NCBI RefSeq assembly: GCF_009914755.1
Contig: NC_060942.1
Direction: 5' to 3' (one strand)
DNA: 64,000 nucleotides
Source: the human T2T-CHM13v2.0 reference genome, Homo sapiens
Translations under genes and position numbers: made by a program
Shown here: positions 36,637-49,705 of the stretch, in pieces
Position numbering within the stretch: the first letter of the stretch is position 1
Layout: each line of letters begins with the position of its first letter
The notes under the pieces: generated by a model
Database searches by the model: none
The model's input: the letters and a program-made list of their open reading frames with translations, nothing else
Told to the model about the DNA's origin: nothing

Positions 36637-36957
36637 GTTGGGTGAGGTCCCCCGTGCGGTTGATCTGTCCCTGAGTCCCTGAGGTCCCCCGTGCGGTTGA
36701 TCTGTCCCTGAGTCCCTGAGGTCCCCCGTACGGTTGATCTGTCCCTTAGCCCATGGTTGGGTGAGGTCCCCGTGTGGTTGATCTGTCCCTGAGTCCCCGA
36801 GGTCCCCTTGCGGTTGATCTGTCCCTGAGCCCGTGGTTGGGTGAGGTCCCCGTGCGGTTGATCTGTCCCTGAGTCCCTGAGGTCCCCCGTGTGGTTGATC
36901 TGTCCCTGAGCCTGTGGTTGGGTGAGGTCCCCCGTGCGGTTGATCTCTCCCTGAGCC
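36637..36957. repeat. Minisatellite, ~37-45-bp unit (gaggtcccccgtgcggttgatctgtccctgag...)
   Basis: About 8 copies. Confidence 0.92.
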
Positions 36958-37499
36958 TATCCTTTTATGCTTTTGGTGGCCAGAGGTGAATCATCACTCA
37001 CAAAGGCAACTTTAAAATATACCATAGCCTCTTTCTTCAGATCATTCCTAGAGTTCGCGGAGAAGTGAAAACGACATTGAGTTAACTGCCAAGAAACATA
37101 GCACAGCATGGTGGGAGCTGTTATGTTACTGGCAAGAAGATGAGCTGGTCGTTCCCATGATCTGTTGACAGAGACAACAGCTGATGATGGCTCCCTAAGT
37201 ACTTGGAGATTTTAGTCCTGGTGCCCCCGTTTCCTGTCCCATCTGGTGCAGTGATAAACAGGAAAGGAAAACAGCACCATGTTTTAAAGGCTTAGTTTCC
37301 TGACACGAGTACCCAGATCCCAACACTCAGCTCTTCTCCACAGGGGTGTGTGGTCAGCCTGCGTGGGAGACACAGGGCGGCAGGCAGGGTCCTTCTGAGG
37401 TTCACCTCCTCTTGTCCGTTTGGGAGGGTTGCGTGAGCTCCCACTCTTAGACAACAGGGAATAGTGCTCCACCAGAAACACTCACACATCAAAGTTGTT

Positions 37500-38290
37500 T
37501 TTAATCTTGGATAATTAACTAAGAAAGATAATCTTTAGGAGAGAGAGGAGCAGAAAAACTATTCAAAGACATAATGACTGAAAACTCCCCAAATGTAATG
37601 GAAAACATTAATTTATACATCCCAGAAGCACAACAAACTCCAAATAGGATGAACACAAAGATCTTTACCTAGGCACATCCCAGTGGAAGAGGAAATGCCG
37701 GGAGCAGGGCTGGGGGCCCAGAGGAAGCGTGAGGCGTCGTGGGAGAGAGGCCTGGGGGCAGCAGAGGAGGCATGAGGTGGAGGCCTGGGGGCAGCAGAGG
37801 AAGCATGAAGCATGAGAGAGAGAGAGAGAGAGAGAGAGAGGCCTGGCACCAGAGGAAGCGTGAGGGGTTGGTGGAGAGAGGCCTGAGGGCAGCAGAGGAG
37901 GTGTGAGGTGTCCACGAGAGAGAGGCCTGAGGGCAGCAGAGGAGGCATGAGGCGTCCATGGGAGAGAGGCCTGAGGGTGGGAGAACCCATCACACCACAG
38001 CCGCTTCTCCTCAGAGATGGCACCACCACACCCAGGCCCCTGTATCCAGCAAAACAACCTTTCAAAAACAAAGGCAGGGTTTTCCCAGACAAAGTGGGAA
38101 TTCACTAGCAGACGCACCTTACAAGAAGTTCTAAAGGAAGCTCTTCAGGCTGAAAGCAGGTGACTTAGATGAAATCTGAATCCACACAAACAAGCAAGCA
38201 CGAGGAATGCAGATTATGTAACTCTGTAAGGTAGCGTGTTGCTTCTCCTTTATTCTCTTGATTTAAAAAGCAGTATAGTTTTATAGTATA
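37500..38290 (+). mobile_element. Old sense L1M ORF1-region fragments, interrupted by a purine-rich minisatellite (37715-37980) and (GA)13 (37814-37840)
   Basis: ataatgactgaaaactccccaaat, ccagaagcacaacaaactccaaataggat, ggaattcactagcagacgcaccttacaagaa. Confidence 0.65.
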
Positions 38291-38298
38291 AGACTCTA

Positions 38299-38602
38299 TG
38301 CCTGGGCATGTGGTGGCTGTGGCTCACGCCTGTAATCCTAGCACTTTAGGATGCCGAGGTGGGCAGATGACTTGAGGTCAGGAGTTCAAGACCAACCTGG
38401 CCAACATGGTGAAACCCTGTCTCTACTGAAAATACAAAAATTAGCTGGGCATGGTGGTGCACGCCTGTAATTTCAGCTACTCAGGAGGCTGAGGCACAAG
38501 AATCACTAGAACCCAGAGGGGAGGTTGCAGTGAGCCAAGATCATGCCACTGCACTCCCGCCTGGGCCACAGAGCAAGACCCTGTCACAAAACGAAATAAA
38601 AC
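38299..38602 (+). mobile_element. AluS, sense
   Basis: Full dimer. Confidence 0.92.
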
Positions 38603-38875
38603 AACTCTTTGTACCTAATTGTATTGTTGGGCCCATACCATGTGGAGATGTAACATTTGCCAGTAGCCGCGCCGAGGAGGGGCCTAGGATTAAATGACAG
38701 CAGATGGTGACTGGAATTTACAGCAAGAGCTGAAGAGACCCAGGAGTGCTGAACAAGAAGGTTGGTCTCACCGTGCTCCGAGTGTGCACCTGTTCCCTGT
38801 CCTGCTGTAAATAATTACAACGATGCATTGTTGGGTTTGTAGCATGCATGGATGTGGTATCGTACAGTGAAGCAA

Positions 38876-39177
38876 GGCCGAGCACGGTGGCTCATGCTTG
38901 TAATCCCAGCACTCTAGGAAGCTGAGGCGGGCGGATTGCCTGAGTTCAGGAGTTCGAGAACAGCCTGGGCAACATGGTGAAACCCCATCTCTACTAAAAT
39001 ACAAAAAATTAGCTGGACATGGCAGCATGCGCCTGTAGTCCCAGCTACTCAGGAGGCTGAGGCAGGAGAATTGCTTGAACCCAGGAGGTGGAGGTTGCGG
39101 TGAGCCGAGATCGTGCCACTACACTCCACCCTGGACAACGGAGTGAGACTCCGTCTCCAAAAAAAAAAAAAAAAAAA
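38876..39177 (+). mobile_element. AluS, sense, TSD ACAGTGAAGCA
   Basis: Full dimer with A-tail; TSD at 38864-38874 and 39177-39187. Confidence 0.93.
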
Positions 39178-39467
39178 CAGTGAAGCACAAAGTGAGGAGT
39201 CTGAGTGTGCACCTGCTCTCACTCCTGCTGTAAATAATTACAACGATGCATTGTTGGGTTCATGGCGTGCATGGATGTGGTATTGTACAGTGAAGCACAA
39301 AGTGAGGAGGGGCTGAGCTGTGCAGCAGCCATGTCTCCGTATCGAATTGGAATTAGGCCAGCATGAGTCCAAAATTGATTCTGATCAAGCGAGATATACG
39401 TATGCTAAACCCAAGAGCAGAAGCTAAGGAAGTAACTCAAAATACATCGTGAAACAGATCATACAAG

Positions 39468-39996
39468 TGTGAAAGGAGGATAAACCTTGGGCCCCACCAT
39501 CATGAAACTGAAGGGAAAAGTCACACTGGGAACTGCTCAGGGCCAGCCTGCCTCCCGTTCTATCCAACCTCCCGCCCATTCTATCCAAAGCCACCCTCCG
39601 CTCACTGAGACAGATGCAGCTCAGGGCAAACCCGCCACCCATTCTATCCAAAGCCACCTTCTGCTCACTGAGACAGGTGCAGATCTGATGGCCTCCTTTG
39701 GAGAGGCTGATCAGAAACTCAGGAGGATGCAGCCATTTGTCTCTTGTCTACCTGTGACCTGGAAGTCCCTCCCTGGTTCCAGCTGTCCCACCTTTCCAGA
39801 GTGAACCAGTGTTCATCTTACATATGTTCTTTCATGTCTCATGTCTCCCTAAAATGTGTAAAACAGAGCCGTGCCCCGACCACCTCAGGCACATGTCAGG
39901 CCCTCCTGAGGCCGTGTCACAGGCAGGTGACCCCAACCTTGGCAAAATAAACTTTTTAAGTTAAGTGAGACCTGACACAGATACTTGGAGTTCACA
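39468..39996 (+). mobile_element. MER4A-family ERV1 solo LTR, sense to CTDP1
   Basis: TGTGAAAGG start and TTCACA end; gggaaaagtca, ggagaggctgatcagaaactca, atgtctcatgtctccctaaaatgt, ggcaaaataaac; flanks caag/aaag. Confidence 0.85.
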
Positions 39997-40867
39997 AAAG
40001 GAACCAAAATGTTACATTAGACAGTATTCACTTAATGCAAAAGAAAACAGAAAAGGGAAGACAGGAACTAAAACTACATGAGGCATGAGAAACAAAGCAG
40101 AGTGGCGGTGTGAACGTGAGGGGATTCAGAGCTTTAACTATGAGTGGATGGACAACTGGGTCAGAGGCCATCACCGTAGGAAAGCTGGAGTGTTCCGCTA
40201 ATATCAGAGAAGACTGAATTTAAACAAAGAATGCTTCTACAGGTAAAGAAGGACGCTTTATAATGATAACGGATGGAATTACGATGCTAAGAGCTGGATC
40301 CATCGGGAAGAGTGACAGTTGCTAGCACATGTGCACCGGAAGTGAGAACCAACTCACCAGTGGCAGAAACTGACAAGCAAAGGGAGAGGCGGCCATGGCG
40401 AGACCTTGGAGGTTCCCCCGCCACTCAGTCATGGGGGGCGTCGTGGGAGGATGCTGCCCCTGGAGGGGCCACAGACCAGTCCTGAAGCTCTTACAGGAAC
40501 GCAGGAGACCCTGGAGGGTCTTGAGGAAGAGCAGGCCAGAGGACGCACATCGTGCTTCAGAGTAACGGAGGCTGGTGTGATGACAGTGTGCTGGGCCGTG
40601 GAGCAGGAGTGTCCATCCCAGAACAGCCCCATGTCCATGGCCAGCTGGCTCTCAGCAGGGGTACCAGGCCACTCCATGGGAAAGACTTGTGGGTCCTGAG
40701 AGTGGGGTGGGGAATCAGAAGGTGCTCCTGGGATTAGGAGGTGTCCCCACGACATGTAAGTTCATGTGAGTTTCAGGCTTTTCCAAAGCAGTTGTAATGA
40801 CTGTGGCATGGATAATTTTTGTGGGGAAGATGAGTGGTCAGCACACATACGTGTTTGACTGGATTGT

Positions 40868-41648
40868 GCGTCCCTCCCATGCGCGTTCTGTCCCTGCGTC
40901 CCTCCCGTGCGCGTTCTGTCCCTGCGTCCCTCCCGTGCGCGTTCTGTCCCTGCGTCCCTCCCGTGCGGGTTCTGTCCCTGCGTCCCTCCCGTGCGCGTTC
41001 TGTGCCCGCGTCCCTCCCGTGCGCGTTCTGTGCCCGCGTCCCTCCCGTGCGCGTTCTGTCCCCGCGTCCCTCCCGTGCGCGTTCTGTCCCCGCGTCCCTC
41101 CCGTGCGGGTTCTGTCCCCGCGTCCCTCCCGTGCGGGTTCTGTCCCCGCGTCCCTCCCGTGCGCGTTCTGTGCCCGCGTCCCTCCCGTGCGCGTTCTGTG
41201 CCCGCGTCCCTCCCGTGCGCGTTCTGTGCCCGCGTCCCTCCCGTGCGCGTTCTGTGCCCGCGTCCCTCCCGTGCGCGTTCTGTGCCCGCGTCCCTCCCGT
41301 GCGCGTTCTGTGCCCGCGTCCCTCCCGTGCGCGTTCTGTCCCCGCGTCCCTCCCGTGCGCGTTCTGTCCCCGCGTCCCTCCCGTGCGCGTTGTGTCCCCG
41401 CGTCCCTCCCGTGCGCGTTCTGTCCCCGCGTCCCTCCCGTGCGGGTTCTGTCCCCGCGTCCCTCCCGTGCGCGTTCTGACCCTGCGTCCCTCCCGTGCGC
41501 GTTCTGTGCCCGCGTCCCTCCCGTGCGCGTTCTGTCCCTGCGTCCCTCCCGTGCGCGTTCTGTCCCCGCGTCCCTCCCGTGCGCGTTCTGACCCTGCGTC
41601 CCTCCCGTGCGCGTTCTGTCCGTGCGTCCCTCCCATGCGTGTTCTGAC
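40868..41648. repeat. VNTR, 28-bp unit (gcgtccctcccgtgcgcgttctgtcccc), ~28 copies, CpG-dense
   Basis: Near-perfect array; + strand almost devoid of A. Confidence 0.97.
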
Positions 41649-41874
41649 TCTGCGGTCTCTTCAGGGTTTGCCACTCGAGGGTGTCGGAGGTGGAGGTTGT
41701 GTTCGTTCTCCCTTCACATAGCACGCGGAGTTTTGGTTTGTGAAAGTTTGCTTTTTCGTGTTTTCATAGCTACACAAACTGCATCTCTTGGAAAAGTGAG
41801 AGCGTTTTGACAGCTGCTGTCACTGTGAACAGGTCAGGAGGCCCTGCCTTGCCCACCCCATACTTAGGGGCTTA

Positions 41875-42170
41875 AGAAACAAGGTCTCACTCTGTTGCCT
41901 GGGCTGGAGTGCAGTGGCACGATCATGGCTCACTGGAAGCTTGAACTCCTGGGCTCAAGGGATCGTCCCGCCTCAACCTTCCAAGTAGGTAGGACCACAG
42001 GTGCGCACCACCATGCCTGGCTAATGTTTTTAAAATTTTTTTGTAGAGATGGGGACTTCCTTTGTTGCCCATTGAGACCAGCCTGGCCTCAAACTCCTGG
42101 CCTCCAGCGATCCTCCCGCCTCAGCCTCCCAAAGTGCTGGACCTACAGGTGTGAACACCGTGCCCACTGT
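41875..42170 (-). mobile_element. AluJ, antisense
   Basis: Diverged dimer. Confidence 0.88.
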
Positions 42171-44023
42171 GCCTACCGTGCCTAGGGGTGTTAAAGTGGT
42201 CCTTGGTGCACAGGGCTAAAGGCTCCTGGTCGCGTGACTTGACCGTGTGCTGCCAGCCACTCTGGTGCCTGCAGTTTAGAATTTGGGTACAAAGCTGCTG
42301 AATCAAATAGTGTTTTTTAATGATTGCCCAATTTTAAATGAGAGACATTAATTTTTTTCCAGTCCTTTCATACCAATACACGAAGCAGCAATTCTTACCC
42401 TAAAATAGGTCACTGAACTTCCCACTTTAAAGAGCCCCGGCCTGGCAGCAGGCTCTCGGAGGGGAGGGTCAGGTGTGGTGAGCGCCCGGCCAGCTCCCTG
42501 CTGGGAAGGGCCCCTGCCCCTCTTCCACCTGTAACACACACAGGTTCATTCTAATGCCATGAGATTGCTGAGGAGAGCATGACAATGTTCACACCCAGAG
42601 CTGTGGCATCCCCGCTGGGGCCCTGCGGGAACTGGGACTCAGGTGCAGACGCCACGGAGGGAGGGCACCGCTGGCTCTCCCTGGGCCCGGGCCCACTCTC
42701 AGCAGCAGACCAGCTCTTGCCGCCTGCTTTCCTTGGCAGAGCCCAGCCCTGTGTTGTAGGTGGTTGGACTGTTGGGTCCCGCTGACGTCATCTGGTGGGT
42801 TCCTTCCAGGTCCCCGCGGAGCCCCCCACGCTTGTGTGAGGCTTCACCTGCTTTGGGCAGCCCCAACGCCGCTCTCACGCCACGTTCCACTCCAGGGTGC
42901 ACTGGGGAAATTATCCGCCATGCGCAGCGCCTCCTGCAGGTGTCCGGTGCGTGCAGACCTGGCCACGCCGGCACGGGTTTTTTAGTGACGTGGCGGCCTC
43001 ACGGTGAGCAGCACTGGTCTTCCCTTTTGTTCCCGCGGCCACGCTGGCAGTGGCCACGGGAACCCTGTGCCTGTGGATTGTTCCATCCCCTTTGGATTAG
43101 ATGCTGGTGTGACACAATTGTGCATTTGCCGCACTGACGGATATCTTTCCGGTGCCAAATCGTGTGCACTGTGACAGCCCAGTGTGTTTGGAAAACTGAA
43201 ATATGGGGGTGGGGTATACATATATATTATTCTGTTTGTATTCTTGCCTTATTCAATGTTGAATTTGAGATAAATGTTAAAGCTGTAAATTTTCCCCAAA
43301 TTCTATCTGTTAACATTTCTCTATGGAGCTGTGCAGCTGGTTGTATGAACAAAATACAAATATTGCATGTTATGCTGAGGAAGTGAAGCTAGTATCAGTT
43401 GCGGACATTTACTAACCATAGTCTGCAGCTGTGTCTAATGTTCGAGGTAATTTTTAATGACTAAAGTCCATTCATCTCGTATTTTTAAATCCCATGCTCC
43501 AAACATCGTTTAACTAAGAGCAAAGGTTTTGTGCCACCTTAGTGAGGCGCTCCCTGTACTTCATCATGGAGCGAGACCGAGGGTGCGGCATTCGCAGCAC
43601 CAGGAGGGACCGCGCAGGGCCTGGGGGGACCCATGGAGGGAGGGCCGCCCCAGCCCGGGCTCTGTGACCCCTCAGGGTGGAAGCCGTTGACCTGGTCCCA
43701 GACACTCAGCCTCATGGAAGCCCTGACCCTGTCTCCCGAGTCAGCTACGTTTTTCCAAAGTGCGTGGAGGACGTTTCTCAGCATTCTTACCAGCATCGTG
43801 GGGTCCAGGCCCCTGCTGTGAGATGGGGATGGTGGCGCCTGCCCGCAGGTTTCTTGTGAAAATCTAAGGAAGAAGCACTTAGCACAGCCCCAGACCACAG
43901 CGTCCCCAGCTGTGGATCCACAAGAAACTGTTCCCAGCGAATGCCATGAGCGCCTGCGGCCGCCTCATCTCACACAACAGCGACAGAGTCATGATCAGAG
44001 GCCTTTAGAGTCATCATTATCAT

Positions 44024-44165
44024 GTCTGTGTGTGAGCCGTGACTGCCTGGGAGCCGTGTCTGCCTGGGAGCCGTGACTGCACATGAGCCGTGTCTGTGTG
44101 TGAGCCGTTCTGTGTGTTTGCCGTGTCTGTGTGTGAGCCGTGTCTGTGTGTGAGCCGTGTTGGTG
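44024..44165. repeat. ~17-bp minisatellite (gagccgtgtctgtgtgt)
   Basis: About 8 degenerate copies. Confidence 0.85.
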
Positions 44166-45270
44166 CATGTGCACAGGGCTCTCCAGCGGGAGCTGAGGTG
44201 GTCCCTTCCGTGGGCTCGGTTCAGGTCCTGTGGCACCCTGCCAAGTTATGCTGGCGTTTCTGAAGGTGTGTCCTGCTGTCAACAGCACTCTGGGTGTTTT
44301 TGTCGGCCTTGTGAGGGGAACATATTTCTAAACCTCAAACAGAGAGTCACAGCTGGCATTTCCCATTCTTTGCCATCCTCTTGCTGCCATTAGAACTCTG
44401 CCACGGATGGCTTCCTCGCTTGATTTTAGAAAGAAAAGAATTGTTGGAACTGGTTCTTGCACCTCTCGCCCTCCCCCTCCTCTCCCTGCTTGCCCCAGGG
44501 TCCCGCCTGGCTCTCGTCTGCCCCGTCTTCACTTTCGGTCGGGGCCCCTGCCCCTGCCCCTGCTCTGCTCAGTGCCCCTGATACGTCCAACCCAGCGTCG
44601 CTGTGAGGGAGTCAACCACACCTGCCAGCACCCCCGAGTCTGGCCCCACTAGGAGGGGCCAGGGCTCCCTTGAGCAAGGCATCAGCACACAGGCAGGGAG
44701 CCGGGCACCAGACTGTGAGGGTCGCGCCACGCACTCCCGAGGCCCCGTGCACACGAGATCCAGGCCCGCCCCCTCCTGGACTTGGTGACCGTCCCGAGCT
44801 CGACCTGAGAGGGCACTTCGGCTCTCCTGTTCACAGTCATGACTGCCCCCTCCCCGAGGTCAGCGCCATGCACTGCTCTGGGGGCCTGAAACGCCGCCTC
44901 TGTTCGCAAGGGTCTCCTGTCCCGTCCACCTGCCAGTGGGTTGAGCTCTTCCAGGGGTTCGGGACACCCCTCACGGCAGCACCTTCACGTTTACGAGAAC
45001 TGTCTCTGTCTTGTTTTGTTTCAAGTTCTCAAAACGGAGTGAGGTGGAGGAAGCCTAATGGGAGGATGGGAGCCGGGTTTTCCCGGAACAGCCGTCAGCG
45101 TGTATGCGGAGGAAGAGAGATGACTGATGAATTTGTTAATTGCCAAAAGCTTGTTGCTGTAGCAACCGGAGGCCAGACTCGTGGCCCTGACAGCGTCGTT
45201 AGTGTCAGCAGAGACTGGAAATAAAGGAAACTCGTGTATGATACGCCTGGCGTCCTCAAAGCAAACAGCA

Positions 45271-45385
45271 GGCGGTGCCCAGCCCAACACAGGCACGGGC
45301 ACAAGATCTGCAGATGAGGCATGGAGGGGAAGCGGGCGGTGCCCAGCCCAACACAGGCACGGGCACAAGATCTGCAGACGAGGTG
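45271..45385. repeat. 64-bp-period duplication
   Basis: ggcggtgcccagcccaacacaggcacgggcacaagatctgcaga twice. Confidence 0.88.
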
Positions 45386-45425
45386 TGCAGAGGGGAAGCA
45401 GGTGCACAGAAAAGGTGCGCGGAGA

Positions 45426-45595
45426 TTTTTTTTTTTTAAGACAGGGTCTTGCTCTGTCGCCCAGGCTGGAGTGCAGTGTTGCGGTCATGGCCCAGGCTCA
45501 CTGCAGCCTCCATTTCCTGGGCTCAGAGGATCCTTTTTCCTCAGCCTCCCAAATAGCTGGGACTCCAGGCATGCACCGACACTCCCAGCTAATTT
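45426..45595 (-). mobile_element. Alu right-arm fragment/FRAM, antisense
   Basis: poly-T, agacagggtcttgctctgtcgcccaggctggagtgcagt. Confidence 0.82.
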
Positions 45596-45679
45596 GCAAC
45601 CCCTCACTCTCATGTAGCAATTAAAAGTAAGCCTTTATTTCTCAGTAGAAAATATTCATTCCAGTTGACATAAAAATAA

Positions 45680-46618
<939 letters not shown>

Positions 46619-46883
46619 TCATCCTACGGCCCAGTGCCTGCCACCTGGACAGGACTTGGAGTTCTGGGGCCCTTGTGTTTCTCTCATGCGGTATTTCCTG
46701 GACCACGAACAGTTGGGTTCTCTGAACGAGCTTGTCGTGACTGATCGGCTGTGTGTGCCAGCCCACGGGGTTCTCTTGTCTTCTGTTGGTTCCATCTGAT
46801 CAGCTGATTTTATTCCTTTTGTCTCTTATAAATGAACTGTGATTCTTCTAATACCAGCAAGAATGGTTTCAAGTTATTTCTGC

Positions 46884-47040
46884 GCTATAGTTTGTGTATA
46901 TTAGCCTCGAGTGCATGTGTGTTACATGCGTGCTGTGTGTGCGTGCAGGTGTATCACATTACCGTGCTATAGTTTGTGTGTGAGCCTCGAGTGCATGTGT
47001 GTTATATGCCTGCTGTGTGTGTGTGTGGCTGTATCACACA
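46884..47040. repeat. ~82-bp duplication
   Basis: gctatagttt...agcctcgagtgcatgtgtgtta...gtatcaca twice. Confidence 0.82.
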
Positions 47041-47412
47041 TAATGTGTCACATAGGTGTGTATGTTAGCTACATTGTATCTACGTTAGCTAAGAAAATAT
47101 TCTTAGGGTACTCACATATGGTGACTGTCCCTAGTTTCTCTCAGTGACTTTTCGGGATTGTAACTGAAGGCTAGTATGGCTCAGTTGCCCCTAATCAGGG
47201 TAAAATCAAAACAGGCTGTGCACATTTAACCAGGCTTCCACCTCTAAGGTTGTAGCTGAGGTTCCTTGGCGCAGTGGGACGTCCCAGCACGGCACCAGGA
47301 GGGAGGGTGTCTGGCAGGACATCAGGTGGTTGGAATTTCAGGGCTCTGGGGATCTCCTGGGTGTGCCCCGATCAAGTCGGCTCACGTCACAGAAACCAGG
47401 TGCACCTGCAGC

Positions 47413-48380
47413 GGCTCCTAAGGAAAACCTAGTGGCACTGGCTGGTTATGCAGAGGCTCGTAAGGAAAGCCTAGTGGCACCGGCTGGTTATGCAGAGGCT
47501 CCTAAGGAAAGCCTAGTGGCACCGGCTGGTTATGCAGAGGCTCCTAAGGAAAGCCTAGTGGCACCGGCTGGTTATGCAGAGGCTCCTAAGGAAAGCCTAG
47601 TGGCACCCGCTGGTTATGCAGAGGCTCGTAAGGAAAGCCTAGTGGCACCGGCTGGTTATGCAGAGGCTCGTAAGGAAAGCCTAGTGGCACCCGCTGGTTA
47701 TGCAGAGGCTCCTAAGGAAAGCCTAGTGGCACCGGCTGGTTATGCAGAGGCTCGTAAGGAAAGCCTAGTGGCACCGGCTGGTTATGCAGAGGCTCCTAAG
47801 GAAAGCCTAGTGGCACCGGCTGGTTATGCAGAGGCTCGTAAGGAAAGCCTAGTGGCACCGGCTGGTTATGCAGAGGCTCCTAAGGAAAGCCTAGTGGCAC
47901 CGGCTGGTTATGCAGAGGCTCCTAAGGAAAGCCTAGTGGCACCCGCTGGTTATGCAGAGGCTCGTAAGGAAAGCCTAGTGGCACCGGCTGGTTATGCAGA
48001 GGCTCGTAAGGAAAGCCTAGTGGCACCGGCTGGTTATGCAGAGGCTCCTAAGGAAAGCCTAGTGGCACCGGCTGGTTATGCAGAGGCTCGTAAGGAAAGC
48101 CTAGTGGCACCGGCTGGTTATGCAGAGGCTCCTAAGGAAAGCCTAGTGGCACCGGCTGGTTATGCAGAGGCTCCTAAGGAAAGCCTAGTGGCACCGGCTG
48201 GTTATGCAGAGGCTCCTAAGGAAAGCCTAGTGGCACCGGCTGGTTATGCAGAGGCTCCTAAGGAAAGCCTAGTGGCACCGGCTGGTTATGCAGAGGCTCG
48301 TAAGGAAAGCCTAGTGGTACTGGCTGGTTATGCAGAGGCTCGTAAGGAAAGCCTAGTGGCACCGGCTGGTTATGCAGAGG
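47413..48380. repeat. VNTR, 42-bp unit (ggctc[c/g]taaggaaagcctagtggcaccggctggttatgcaga), 23 copies
   Basis: Near-perfect array; one + frame is open (KESLVAPAGYAEA[P/R])n. Confidence 0.97.
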
Positions 48381-48849
48381 GCTGGTGTTCTCTTTGTTTA
48401 TTAAGAGTCATTTTAGCAGTGGCCTGAGGAAATGAGAATTTCCAGACCGTGGCCCACTTGATGAGCTGGGAGGTGCTTGTTCACATAACACTAATAGTTA
48501 CTCTGACAGATGATCTTAACTTCCCTGTCCTGTTTTCCTGTTCTGATGTCTTCTGGCATCACAGGTGTTCATGAGCGGCCGGAACGTGCATTTGCAGCAG
48601 GTGAACACCTGCTTTGTCAGTGGTGTCCTGGTGTGTAACAGGGCTGGGGCCTCTTCTCCTGCGCTGGGGCTCTGCTGTCCACACGTGTGTGATGTGGCCC
48701 TGGGTCGGTGGCCTGTGTGTGTCCTTGACCAGAGAATTGTGCCGTCTTGTGTTAAAACCACGGAAGCCACTTCCCAAATGCAGACCAGGCGGTGACCCGG
48801 CGTTGTGCGTTTGCCACAAGCATCTCACACCATGTTTGCTTCTCTGCAG

Positions 48850-48988
48850 AGGCCACAAGAGGAAGCTGAATGAAGAGGACGCCGCCAGCGAGTCCAGCAG
48901 GGAGTCCAGCAACGAGGACGAGGGCAGCAGCTCCGAGGCCGACGAGATGGCCAAGGCGCTGGAGGCGGAGCTCAACGACCTCATGTGA
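48850..48988 (+). CDS. CTDP1: CTDP1 terminal exon 13, coding part; C-terminal RAP74 (TFIIF)-binding helix
   Basis: tctctgcag|A acceptor; GHKRKLNEEDAASESSRESSNEDEGSSSEADEMAKALEAELNDLM then TGA; the nine exons sum to 2265 nt = 754 aa + stop. Confidence 0.97.
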
Positions 48989-49705
48989 GCGCGGGCAGCG
49001 GGCAGGGACTGAAGCCTGACCGACCTCCAGCAGCACTCGGACGTCCCCGGACCAGCCCTCAGTCTCGGTCCACGCTGCTTTCTTCCCAAAGGACATGTAT
49101 ATTTGCAGAGCTCCACATACAGAAACACATTATTTTGCAGAAATAGGTGTTTTTAAGAAGTTTTACTACAGGAATGTCTACTTTTGTAAGTGACAGGTGT
49201 TAAAGGCCCAGGTGTGCTGTGCCAAAGAGCTCAGCAGAGGCTCACGTGGCCCAGGCTGGTGCGCCCGCTGTCTCGGTAAGGGGCGGGTTGGTGTGTTTTC
49301 CCCTTGTGTACCAGAGCACATTCCTTAGGGGACGGCTTTGGGGGTCCCACGAGACATGGACTAGGAGTTTAAGCAGGACAGTGTGCGTGCACGAGCTCCG
49401 AGCCCAGCACAGACATGCCTGGAACCCCCGCCGCCTGCTGCTCCCTCCTAGGGAACCCATTTCCGGGGAACGCCGTGACTGTCGGGCAGCCTGGAGCTTC
49501 CTGCAGCCTCCTACGCAGGGTCCACGCCACGTGGCCTGGGCTGCCATCCTGCCGTCCTCCCACTGGCATCCTGGCAAGGGGGCGTTGCTTTTCCTGGGCG
49601 GCCTTTTATGTCTTGGAGACACCTGATGTAAAGTTTCTGTAAATCTATTTCATATCTGACCCACCAAACAGATTTCTCTTTAATAAAAATCCTTTTTGTA
49701 AGTTC
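48989..49705 (+). other. CTDP1: CTDP1 3' UTR to the proximal poly(A) site (end approximate)
   Basis: Follows the stop codon; ends shortly after AATAAA at 49682. Confidence 0.8.
49682..49687 (+). terminator. Proximal polyadenylation signal AATAAA
   Basis: AATAAA with two upstream TGTA elements (49627, 49638) and downstream T/GT-rich sequence. Confidence 0.85.

Noticed and set aside
40762-41724. Six long overlapping ORFs as real genes
   Set aside because: Absence of A on one strand removes stop codons mechanically.
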